DNA of 64,000 nt, from contig NW_003314291.1 of assembly GCF_000143415.4 (NCBI RefSeq), forward strand, positions 341,391-405,390. Reading direction: 5' to 3'. Numbering within the stretch: position 1 is the first letter of the stretch; the number at the start of each line of letters is the position of its first letter. The notes beneath the pieces are model-generated. The model did no database searches, was not told the DNA's origin, and was given only the letters and a program-made list of their open reading frames with translations. The translations under genes and the position numbers were made by a program. Of this stretch, positions 24,334 through 35,439 are shown one piece after another. Source of the stretch: Selaginella moellendorffii. Its lineage: Eukaryota > Plantae > Lycopodiophyta.

Positions 24334-27300
24334 TGTCATCGGAGAACCTCGAAGAAGGCAAGATTTAGTTTGATTGCTTCTTCTCAAGTGCTTGACATTG
24401 CCAAGGTTTGGGAGGCTATAGCATCATCGCAGTACCATTAAGTTGCGATCAGAGGAGAACAATCTCAAAACACACTCACCGACCAGCTCTAAATGGAGTG
24501 CGACATAAGTCAATTCCTTTCATGTTGATGTCTTGCTTAAGCAATCTCTCTGGGTTGAGCTTCTCAAGCTTAGACCAGATGGATAGATCTTTAGACCACA
24601 TGTTTCCTATGGCTATGGTGCCTGCAGGGATGTGGTGAGCAGCCAAGCATACATCGTGAATTGCCAACCGAGACCAGGAGAGCAAGGACGCATCCTAAGA
24701 GTCTCCTTCACAACGGTTTGGAGGTACACCATTTTCATACTTGGCAACTTTAGACTTTCCAACCATACCAGTAATCTCATTGCACAACCTTCTTTTTTAT
24801 TTCAGGATGGATGGCAAGCTCCACTAGAATCCATTCAGTGAAGAGAGCAACGGTGTCAAACTTTGGAAATCATCTCCTATGAAGTCACAGCATAAGAAAC
24901 ATTATGTAAGTCATTAGAGCAGGAACTGCATACTTCTGAGATGATGTTTATGCATTTTAAAGTGAAAATACATGTTAAAAATAATTAATTAGAATGAAAA
25001 GTGGTATAGTGAAAAGGTGGCTGCTTTTTAGGTTATGTGTAAGAAAAAATCATTAGCATTTCACCATATCACAATTCCATCTAGTGAAATTTATGTCATT
25101 CTTCCTAAAATTTTGCCATAAAAGTTTTCCATAAATTTTTTTTTGAAAAAATACTCTGTCCAGGCTGGCAGTGTTACTTGAGGCTGCAAATATCACCAGC
25201 AAGCCTATTATTAAAAAGAACTGTAAATGTGGGAAGAACCTATGTGATGACTTCTAACTGTCAATAGAAGAAGAAAAAAAGCACCTAGTAGTACTTACCA
25301 TGAACTTTATGTTCTTCCACAATAAGAAGTTATGCATCTATTTACCTACAAAGTGAAAGAAATCATCTCAAAGCTACTGAAAAAAAGTTTAACACTGGGA
25401 TCTTTAATGAAAACTATTGCAATTGTCAACTCTAATCCAAGCCTACTCCATATATAAAAGCATGAATCAAGTCATGTAATTATCACTGAAAGTACCAGCT
25501 TTTCTAAATTGAAGCTTCCTCTTGCCTCCACAAAACACATCCAAAAGACATAAACTTGGAGTACTTCTTGGCTGCTTCTCTTACAAATGGAAGTACATGC
25601 TCTCCTATATCAGAAAAAAAAAAACTTTTACCTATAAAGAAGTGAAAAAGAGAGAGATTTTGATTGGTATTATAGGATTTTGTTTATTACATTGGACTGG
25701 ATAGCAACATAGCTTTTCAATCTTCCTTACATTCATTACCATTCTTCTCAAAACTTGGTAGCCATCATTTTCACTAAAATCTAAAACAAGCACTAGCTAA
25801 AGTCATGTAGATACTTGAGTTCATTAAAAAATTTGGACCACATAAGGTGCTAGTATGGTAGCAAGAATTGTAGTTGAGGCCTTTGGAGTATGTACAGTGT
25901 TTGTCAAGGAAAGCAGAACAAGGCTAAATATGAAAGACTTCCCTCATTAGAAATAGGTAGACAAACCAAAAACACACAAATGCTCACATATGACAAAACA
26001 TGTAGGATTGAGAGCTTTTTGTTTGGCAGGGCTACTGTTGAGCATGACTCACTCAAAAGCATTAGAACAAATCTTTCAAGGAAGGAACAACACAAAAAAA
26101 AAATAAAAAATAAAAAATAAAGTGCAAAGAAAAATAAGATGAAAAGCCTCTCATCCAAATTCTCTTACTCAAAAGCTTTAGAAACAAGCTTTCATGGTAG
26201 AAGAAATCAAGCAAAAAAAAAAAAAAAAAAAAAACTTAAGGTTTTATTTAATGTTTTTTGTTGCAAATGTGATTGTAAATATCAAAAATTATCTATTGGT
26301 AAGTATTTTCAGATATTCTTCATTTTACTGCCATGATAGCAAAAAGTTAGTACTGTTAGTTCCTTTTATTAGTCTTTGTCTAAGCTAATTGAGAAATTGG
26401 TCATCATGTATATGTTTATCCCAGAACATAAGGTAAGAACTTCAATGTGTTTTTGCTAAGTATATTCAGCCTAAGATGAGAAATTCATATATTGTTTTAC
26501 ATTTACTAGTGTTAAAAATCTTTATGATATTGAGGTTGGTCCCTCAATATTCACTATATGGTAACTTATCGTGTTTGCCAAGATACTGTTATTATCATTC
26601 TTCATCCATTCCATTTCATTAGCTATTTATAAAAAGTATCTAGATTTACTAGTGAAGTATATCTATGGAAATGGTTTTGAACTTGCATCTAAATTTACAA
26701 TCTAACACCATTTCATATTTAATAAATCTTGTTCTGGTTTTATGTTTGGAAGCCCAAACTCCATACTCTGCTAACTGGTAGAATACCTATATCTTTGCAT
26801 TATGCCACTAATATGTTGAAATAATATTAAACTCCGTTGGCTTTGTTTTATATATTGGTTTTAGTATTAGGATATTAGATATTTTAAAACTATTCCAAAG
26901 TCACTCTATGCTCTTGTCCTTTTGATCATTGAGATATATGCTTGAAAGTCATTTCATGCTTTAGTTCCTTCACTCTGTTGCTATATACTTAAGAATTTAG
27001 TTTCACTATTTCATTCAGTGCTTCAAAGCCCTGAAACTCAAGTTTTACTTTATTGCCCTTGGCCCACATGTCTAAAGCTTTAGATTCTAATTTATGGTTA
27101 TTCTATAGTAAATCACTATAGAGTAAATTATAAAAACCATGTACACTACATTTTTAAGTAGATAAGTTTTATTTCTTGATTTTGTTTTTTGTTTTTGTTT
27201 TTGTTGTTTTTTATTTGATTTTACCTTGTATTTTGTTGTTATTAGATTTCATATTTTGGATTTTGGGATCCTAAATCTTTAACTCAAAAGCTTTAAAACA

Positions 27301-28299
27301 AAGCTAAAACTAAAATAGACAAACAACTAAAGAAAAATAGGAAACAAAAGTAATAAGAACTAGTTATCCCATTCTATTCTTAATTACTATTAACCCAGGA
27401 AAATCATACTAACAAACTAGTGAAATTGCTAGAAAGTATATATATTGATATAACTTTGATTTAAATAGGAGATATTGACTAAAATAATGCCACAATGCCC
27501 TACTAAGTATTTTGCCTTAAAATGAAGAATATCTATAAATGTATTTGGAAAATACTTATTGTTCAATTGGTCTTGGCACCAACATTGCCATTGATATTTA
27601 GTCAATTATGTACATCGTGATCTAGAAGCCATAACAGCAAATAATGTTTGAGATCTAAGTGGAGCTAGAGAAGATCATGATAGAGAGCTAGCCACAATAG
27701 CAAATATAGCATTAGATTGTGAAGCAACAATAACCTCACTAAGACTTAAAGGAGCTATGCAAAGAGTTAAATGAAGCCTTAGATTCAGATTATGATCTAG
27801 AGCTTGGGGATGTTATAGTAGCACATTAAGAACCAAACCAACTAGGTAAAGAACTTCAACCTAAGCTAGGTAAAGCCTCAAATTCAGATAATGATCCAAA
27901 GTTTGGGGAAGCCACAATAGCATATTAGGAGCTACAGGAGGAAACATTACATTTAAATTATGATTTGGAGTTTAATAGAGCCACAACAGCACACTAGAAG
28001 CCAAAGGAGCTAAGTAAAGAATTTGAATTTGAGAGGATTTTTATCTAAGTAATGAATAAATAGAATTTCTCCTTAGCTGCACAAAAAGGCATTTTACAAA
28101 ATTCTGAAAGTGTGTCAATGAAGAGACTATTATAAAAATATAAATCATTTGGAGCAAAGTCCCATTGCAGTGAAACTTTATGTTTCACTATTTCCATTAG
28201 CCAAGTAGTTGAAGTTACTAATGTTGAGTGTGTTATTCTGCTATAAATACCTTTGCTTGTGGAGAAAACAACATGAATGGCTTGAAGAAACTCTATCAA

Positions 28300-28967
28300 T
28301 GTGGGGAAAAATACACGACAACAAGAAAGACGGGAAAGACTCCCCTAGGGCTTGTATTCAGCAGTAACTACAAATCACTCATACTGAGTGTGCTGGGCCT
28401 GCAGTAACTCCTCTATGATCACACGTAGGTAACGGTACCACACTTGACCACAGGTTGGACAAGTAGTTGGAATTTGCTGCTCCTCTTGAATTCTCAACTC
28501 CTCGATCGCACGCTTTATCCGCATGTTGTTGGTGACGCGATCGGCAACGGGATCTCGACGGCCTATAGGAGGTCTCACCATCTTCGAGCAAAGAGAACTC
28601 CAGAACCCGAGAGAAAACAAGAACTGTAAAATAACTGAATGGCCGTACTTAAATTCAAACTCCCAAAAACTTAAACACCAACCAATGGCTGAAACTTTCC
28701 CAGCTAATAACTCTTCATCCACAACTCCGATCGACTTGATTTTACCACCAAAGAACTGCCCTTGATCAGATCTTCAACTTTCTAGAAAACAACTTCTTCA
28801 AATTCTCACTTCTGAAATCCATCACTTTTTCTCTCTCTAAACGAAATATTCATAGAAAGCTTCTTCAGCGAGCTTCTTCAATTTTCACCTTTTTCTAGCT
28901 TAGAAATACGTCAGTACTCACAAAAACAACCTCAAGTATGAAAATACGACCGTATATACGGTTGACA
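28300..28967 (-). repeat. 3' LTR of Gypsy element
   Basis: TGTGGGG...GTTGACA; about 8 transition differences from 34307-34974 (manual count). Confidence 0.95.
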
Positions 28968-29469
28968 CCATACCACCCTGATACTCGCGCCGCCCTCGGC
29001 ACGCTGACTACCATTAACCACTGACTTCTTGACTGGTTCAAACCCAACTCTGCTACACTTTCCTCTGACACCGCTCAACTCGGCTCCATTTGACTTCTCA
29101 CACGGCGACACTTCGCCTCTTTCAACTCTCTTCTCCTACACTATTGCTGAGCTCGCCTCCACCGACGTCTACAGCCTCCAAAAATAAATCCTCCTGGCGC
29201 TCCACACCTGAACTCATAAAATCTCCCCCTTCAGCTGCTCCTCTCAAAGATGTGCAGCCAACTCTACCTGCGTCTTCTACGCTTGTTCTTAAATGAAAAC
29301 ACCAACATACCTCCATTCGATTCTGAAACTTCCCATTCAGCTACAACCACAGCTCTCAGCTGGCCTCAGCTCTGGTCATCCTCGACTCTGATTCGGATGG
29401 CTCCGACACATTGGACTCTCGCTCAGCTCCGGCTGTTTCATCATTTGAACGTGTATGGTACTTTTTCAA

Positions 29470-31738
29470 TCAGAAACCATTGATCCGCGTTGGCAGCAGG
29501 TTCCCACTCAAATCTGCCACCTGCACTGAGCCATTGTCGTTGACATTCACCACCACGTAAGGGCCCAGCCACCGTATCTTGAGTTTTCCTGGCCGTTTCC
29601 AAAACTTGCTGTCATACAGCAACACCAAATCCCCTATTGCAAACTTCCGCTCTCGAATATGATCATCATGCCATTTCTTTCTCCGCTTCTGCAATGCCTC
29701 TCTAGCTTGAAATGCCAACAGCCTCGTCTCATCCAATCGTTCTAGCTCGTTCAACCTCTGCTGTATGGCACCGTCCCAGTCCATAGCATGCTCTACAGCC
29801 GTCCTCAAGGCTGGAACTTCAAGCTCCACCGGCAATAGTGCTTCCTGCCCATAAACCAACTGAAAAGGTGAGAACCGAGTGGTCACCTTAAAAGCAACTC
29901 GATATGCCCAGACTGCATCCAAAAGGCGCTTATCCCAATCTGTCCGAGAAGCTGAGCAGGTCTTAGTAACAATCCGGCAAAGAGTTCCATTTGTACGCTC
30001 CACTTGACCATTGCAACGCGGGTAGTAAGGAGTAGACTTCGAGTGATAAACTCCATAAGTTTCTGTCAGTGCTGCCACTGCCTCGTTCAAGAAGTGTGTT
30101 CCCCGATCACTCACCAGTTCGAGGGGAACTCCAAACCGTGTAATTATCTGCTCATAAAGAAACTCCGCAACCTTCTTACCAGTATCCTCCCGTAGAGCCT
30201 TCACCTCAGACCATTTTGTAACGTAATCAATGCAGACCAGTACATACTTATAACCTGTCCGTCGAGCTGGAGGAAACAGTCCGCAAAAATCAATCCCCCA
30301 TTTTTCAAACGGCATCACTGGCAACAGTGGATGAAGAGGCTGGTAGTCACGCTTATCTGGCTTCCCTGCTCGCTGACAAGGGTCACAGGTTTTGACATAG
30401 TACGTAACCTCCTTCCTCAATGTCGGCCACCAATATCCAGCTCTGCAAATAATCTCCACCGTCGCTTCTGTTCCAAAGTGGCCTCCATATGACGAGTCAT
30501 GGCATGCCGCTATCACCTTAGTCGTCTCATGTGGTAGCAAACACCGCCTCAGTACGCTATCTCGTCCAATCCGGTATAATACACCGCCAACCATCGTATA
30601 GAGTCGGCTCTGCAACAAAAGCCGTCGCTTCTGCCGGTTATTCAACCCTGCCGGATACTCGCCATTGCCAAGGAACTTAACCATCTCCACATACCAGTCC
30701 GGCACTGTTTCAAATTGGAAGATAGGTGCATCTGGCAAATCATCCTCTACGCCTACTTCCTCATCACTGTCCTGTGGTGGCAGCCTCGATAAGTGATCTG
30801 GCATCTGATGGCTGCTTCCAGGTTTCAACACAATGCGGAACTGAAATTCCTGGAGCAGCAACAGCCAACGTGTGATTCTTCCTGTCTTGCATGGCTTCCC
30901 TATTAAATACTTCAGTGCCTGATGATCAAGGAAAAACACGAACTCCTTGCCAAGTAGATAATGCCGATATTGCTGGATCGCATAGATCATGCCGAGTCCT
31001 TCCCTCTCAGTTGCTGAATAGCTCTTCTCAGCCGTTGAAAGTTGACGGCTGCTGTAACATATTGGATGATCTGCTCGTCCATCTGAGCATTGACACAGCA
31101 CCACACCAATGGCCACTGCTGATGCATCCACGTGAACGTGAAACTCCAAGTTCCAATCTGGCATCTTCAAAATCGGCGCGTTTACCAGTGCCAGTTTCAA
31201 GCGTTGGAAGGCCGCCTCACATACAGTTGTCCACTCATATTTAGCCCCCTTCTTCAGTAGGCTAGTCAAGGGTAGAGCTTTCTCGGCAAAGTTCCTCACG
31301 AAACGGCGGTGATATCCCACATGCCCAAGAAATGCCTGCAATTGCTTCACAGTCTCTGGTGACACCAGCTGCATGATCACCTGCGTCTTGGCCGGATCGA
31401 CAGCTAAACCTTCTCTTGACACTATCCGACCCAGCAGCACTCCATGCGTTACCCAGAACTGACACTTGAACGGGTTGAGAGAAATCCCATAGTGCCGACA
31501 GCATTCAAAACACTTCTCGAGCAAGCCTTCATGCGCCAACTCGCTCCCATAGACACTGAAGTCGTCAAGGAATACTTCCATAAACTCTCGCATGTACGGC
31601 TGGAAAGCTGCTGTGACGACCCGCTGAAAGGTGGCAGGTGCATTACACAGGCCGAAGGGCATAACTTTGTAGGCATAGCAACCCCACTCAGTCACAAACG
31701 TGGTTTTGAGCTGATCCTCTTCTGCTATCTGCACCAGT
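29470..31738 (-). pseudogene. pol: Pol: C-terminal half of RT, RNase H, integrase
   Basis: Motifs KTTFVTEWG..VMPFGLCNAPATFQR, VFLDD, HVDAS, integrase HHCC zinc finger, WGIDF/SDRGTHF/QVER core and GPY. The RT N-terminal half is missing. The frame ends in NGF*LKKY (probable CGA>TGA). Confidence 0.92.
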
Positions 31739-34117
31739 CGTGGTATCACTGCTGTCATCGATCCCATCCACTATCGGCTCACACGCTACTGGAGTCCAGG
31801 CCGGCCTCTTCCTTGTCCGAACTTGGATAGTGCGCGACTTGTTTCCATCTCCAATCGTAATAGTCCCCTTCGGCCAACTCTGATCTGCCCAGGCCTGTAA
31901 CAGCCACGGTCTTCCCAAAAGAATTGGATAATCCAGCTCGTGTCCAACCATCCTCAGCACCACGTAATCAACATAAAAGATAAAACCGGCAATCTCCGTC
32001 TTCACCCCAGTAAGTACACCAACCGGTCTCGAGCGAGAATGGTTCGCCATGCGGACACGAAAATAAACTGGAGATGGCTGCTCCAACCCAAGTTTTGACA
32101 CCATTTGCTCAGGCATTACGTTGATGGCAGCACCTCCGTCAATCACGCACCCCTTCAAGTGCTGACCTGAAATCTCTGCATCTATAATTGGATTCTCTGC
32201 TTCGATCATTGGCCATGCTGCATTCACTACCACCTCTCGATGGGCCTTGACTGCTGTGGCCACCACTTTCCTCAGACTTGGTGCCAGCTGTAGTAATTGC
32301 GCAAATGTGATACTCGGCTTTTGATTCTCTAAGTCCTTGAGCACGTCGTAGGGCTGAGTTTCTAGATTTAGCACCTGCTTATACCGGCGAGATCTCCGCT
32401 GGCCCATCTTCAACGGCTCACCCCCAAAATGTTCCTTGAATACCTCTGCCAGCCGCTGCGGCGTCGAGATGCCCACCTTCCTCATAACCTCTTGCGGATC
32501 CATTCCACCACTCACTTGGTTCGCGTCCGTTTCCTTGCCGTCATTAGGGCACTGAATAGTCCCCGTGATATTCTTGGCGAGATCTCCGCCATCGGCTATC
32601 GGCGCATCCTGAATGCCGCCTCCTTCCAGACCTAAGTCGATCCCCATTTTTTCCTTGTGGCGCTGCTCCTTCCTGTTTTGGCGAGCTATCATCTCCGGAT
32701 CCTCCTGAGTATGCGTCCGCTCAATTCCCTGTTCAGCCCTTGTTCTCGGCTCATCTCGGATGTACAACCTGCGGTCCCTCCGCTGCAACTGTGCTCGTGT
32801 GTTGACATTCCACACAGGTGTGTCCGCTCGTAACTCTTCAGAATTCACGAAAATGGCTTTAGTATCCACCACCTCTTTTCCCTTGTCCTGATTTTGACGC
32901 TGATTTGGCACTTGCAAGCGGTAGGGGCAATCCTCCTGTCGATGAAGTCCCTGTGTCTGGCATATCCCACAGATTGGCTGATACTCTTCAGACTTCTGTG
33001 CATTCGGACAGTTTGGCGCGATATGTCCAAGTTCCCCACACCGGTAGCACACTATCGGGCCTCGGCCTCGGCCTCCGCCTCTGCCTCCGAACATTCCCAT
33101 CCGGCCGCCACCTCGGCCTCCACCAGCAGTCTGCTGCAGCATTGGCCCCGAGTTCTGCACAGCCCCTGGAGCTCCTACGTTAAAAACCGGGTACGTCTCA
33201 TACTGCTGGTGCTGAACCTGTTGCTGTGGAAATTGTTGTTGATGGTGAAATTGTGGTTGAACGTAATAGCTTGCGACTACAGGTTGCTGCTGGAACTTGG
33301 GTGTCACACGAGCTGGATGAATAAAGCACTTCTCAGGCTTGTGGCCGAACTTCCCACAATACAGACAAGGAGCTTTTGCCGGAACCAGATTCGGACACTC
33401 ACTAGGATAGTGGCCATATCCTTGACACTTAATGCACCAGATCTCAGCTCTCTCATGCACTGGCCGAGTTGGAACTCCCAAACCTTGAACCAGACTCACT
33501 TGGAGTTCTGCCATCTTCTTGGTAAGTGTCTCCACCACATCTTCTTTCACTTTCGTGAGTTGGCTCTCAAATCCGGTCGTGTTTACTGCAGGTAACTGGA
33601 GAACTGACGGCTGGACCGGAATCAAAGGTGGAGCTGCTACGGCTCCAAGCACACCAGTCTGGTACTGTGCAATATTCGGTGAGAACAAGTTACCATATGT
33701 TGCTGGTGGAGCTGCAGCTGCAATATTCCGCGATGACATCCGGGCCTGTTCCCATGTTGCTGCGTGCTCAACTGCTGCGTTCAAATCTGCCGGTCTTTGC
33801 ACCTTCACGTGGAACCCGATTTCAAATGGCAACCCATTCAAGAACCAGCGGACTTGGTCGTCAGCGGCAGGCTGTGGATCTTTCCTCGCGAGCAGCCTCT
33901 TGTAGCGAAGAACATAATTTTGCAATGTCTCTCCAGGTAACAATTGAATTGAATTTAGCTCGTCACTGATACGCTGCTTGAATCCCATAGGACGGAAAGC
34001 ATTGAGAAATGCTGTTTTGAGGTCTGCCCAGGCTGCAAAGGCTGCTGCTGCATTTGCCTGACCATACCATTCTGCTGCTGCTCCCAGCAATGTCGCCGGA
34101 AACAGATGGACTCTCAC
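31688..34117 (-). CDS. gag: Gag-aspartic protease ORF (Gag N-terminus apparently missing)
   Basis: Retrotransposon gag core, three CX2CX4HX4C knuckles plus a CX2CX5HX4C variant, and protease motifs VIDGGA..N and ILLGRPWL. No in-frame ATG upstream. Confidence 0.85.
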   Translation of the reverse strand: MRVHLFPATLLGAAAEWYGQANAAAAFAAWADLKTAFLNAFRPMGFKQRISDELNSIQLLPGETLQNYVLRYKRLLARKDPQPAADDQVRWFLNGLPFEIGFHVKVQRPADLNAAVEHAATWEQARMSSRNIAAAAPPATYGNLFSPNIAQYQTGVLGAVAAPPLIPVQPSVLQLPAVNTTGFESQLTKVKEDVVETLTKKMAELQVSLVQGLGVPTRPVHERAEIWCIKCQGYGHYPSECPNLVPAKAPCLYCGKFGHKPEKCFIHPARVTPKFQQQPVVASYYVQPQFHHQQQFPQQQVQHQQYETYPVFNVGAPGAVQNSGPMLQQTAGGGRGGGRMGMFGGRGGGRGRGPIVCYRCGELGHIAPNCPNAQKSEEYQPICGICQTQGLHRQEDCPYRLQVPNQRQNQDKGKEVVDTKAIFVNSEELRADTPVWNVNTRAQLQRRDRRLYIRDEPRTRAEQGIERTHTQEDPEMIARQNRKEQRHKEKMGIDLGLEGGGIQDAPIADGGDLAKNITGTIQCPNDGKETDANQVSGGMDPQEVMRKVGISTPQRLAEVFKEHFGGEPLKMGQRRSRRYKQVLNLETQPYDVLKDLENQKPSITFAQLLQLAPSLRKVVATAVKAHREVVVNAAWPMIEAENPIIDAEISGQHLKGCVIDGGAAINVMPEQMVSKLGLEQPSPVYFRVRMANHSRSRPVGVLTGVKTEIAGFIFYVDYVVLRMVGHELDYPILLGRPWLLQAWADQSWPKGTITIGDGNKSRTIQVRTRKRPAWTPVACEPIVDGIDDSSDTTTGADSRRGSAQNHVCD

Positions 34118-34284
34118 AGCATCTGCCTGCTCCTGATAGAAAAATCTAGAAAATTATCCCAGTCCGGGGATCTACCCGCCAGACCGAGAACCAACTGCGG
34201 CAAAGGGTGCTTACTGCAGATGCCCACAGATGACCGGCCTTTTCCTCAGGCCCGGTTTACTGCGCAGTTACTGCGACTAAGCCC

Positions 34285-34301
34285 TCCCGGCTAACGCACC
34301 A
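34285..34301 (-). other. Primer-binding site, tRNA-Gly-like
   Basis: Minus strand TGGTGCGTTAGCCGGGA, 5 nt from the LTR; complementary to a tRNA-Gly-type 3' end (...TCCCGGCYAACGCACCA). Confidence 0.7.
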
Positions 34302-34306
34302 AAAAA

Positions 34307-34974
34307 TGTGGGGAAAAATACACGACAACAAGAAAGACGGGAAAGACTCCTCTAGGGCTTGTATTCAGCAGTAACTACAAATCACTCATACTGAGTGCGC
34401 TGGGCCTGCAGTAACTCCTCTATGATCACATGTAGGTAACGGTACCACACTTGACCACAGGTTGGACAAGTAGTTGGAATTTGCTGCTCCTCTTGAATTC
34501 TCAACTCCTCGATCGCACGCCTTATCCGCATGTTGTTGGTGACGCGATCGGCGACGGGATCTCGACGGCCTATAGGAGGTCTCACCATCTTCGAGCAAAG
34601 AGAACTCCAGAACCCGAGAGAAAACAAGAACTGTAAAATAACTGAATGGCCGTACCTAAATTCAAACTCCCAAAAGCTTAAACACCAACCAATGGCTGAA
34701 ACTTTCCCAGCTAATAACTCTTCATCCACAACTCCGATCAACTTGATTTTACCACCAAAGAACTGCCCTTGATCAGATCTTCAACTTTCTAGAAAACAAC
34801 TTCTTCAAATTCTCACTTCTGAAATCCATCACTTTTTCTCTCTCTAAACGAAATATTCATAGAAAGCTTCTTCAGCGAGCTTCTTCAATTTTCACCTTTT
34901 TCTAGCTTAGAAATACGTCAGTACTCACAAAAACAACCTCAAGTATGAAAATACGACCGTATATACGGTTGACA
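34307..34974 (-). repeat. 5' LTR of Gypsy element
   Basis: 668 bp, TG..CA, followed by TSD ATCAA. Confidence 0.95.
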
Positions 34975-35439
34975 ATCAATGATCATAAAATTCTAGCATG
35001 GCAATAAGTTTTGGTAGTTGTAGATTTTAGGATCCAAATTCATCTTTTGGATCAATCAAGATAATGTATCATTTAAATTTTTATCCTTTATTCTAAAGGT
35101 TCCTTTTCACAAAAAATAATCTTTATCACTATAGGGTGATTTTACATTGGGATGACTATTAAAGTTCAAAGATTGTCCATCACCCTTATGCCATCATAAA
35201 ATTTGAAATTCTAAATGATGAATGAAGTTGCTTCAAACCATTATAATTAATTTTTATACCCTTTTTGAGGAGCTTAACTACATTAAACATATGTCAAATA
35301 ACTTTCAACAATGATTTGGAATCTCTTTTTCTCACAAGAGTAAAAAAAGATTTCAACTATCCAAATACAAGTGAATTATTTTGAGAGCTTTGCTTTTTTG
35401 TTTTTATAAGAGATTATCCTAGTTTGTGTAAGGCCAAAG

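Larger units (their letters stand above)
28300..34974 (-). mobile_element. Ty3/Gypsy LTR retrotransposon, non-chromovirus type, young but internally deleted
   Basis: Two 668-bp TG..CA LTRs with TSD ATCAA (28295-28299, 34975-34979). PBS next to the right LTR; gag-PR-RT-RH-INT order on the minus strand; no chromodomain. Confidence 0.97.
18150..35438. repeat. Tandem segmental duplication unit 3 (contains an inversion and a Gypsy insertion)
   Basis: Colinear with units 1/2. Ends at GTGTAAGGCCAAA (35426-35438), matching 18125-18137. Confidence 0.8.

Noticed and set aside
32845-33969. Overlapping ORFs up to 233 aa within the Gypsy gag
   Set aside because: Alternative-frame or antisense shadows with no motifs.
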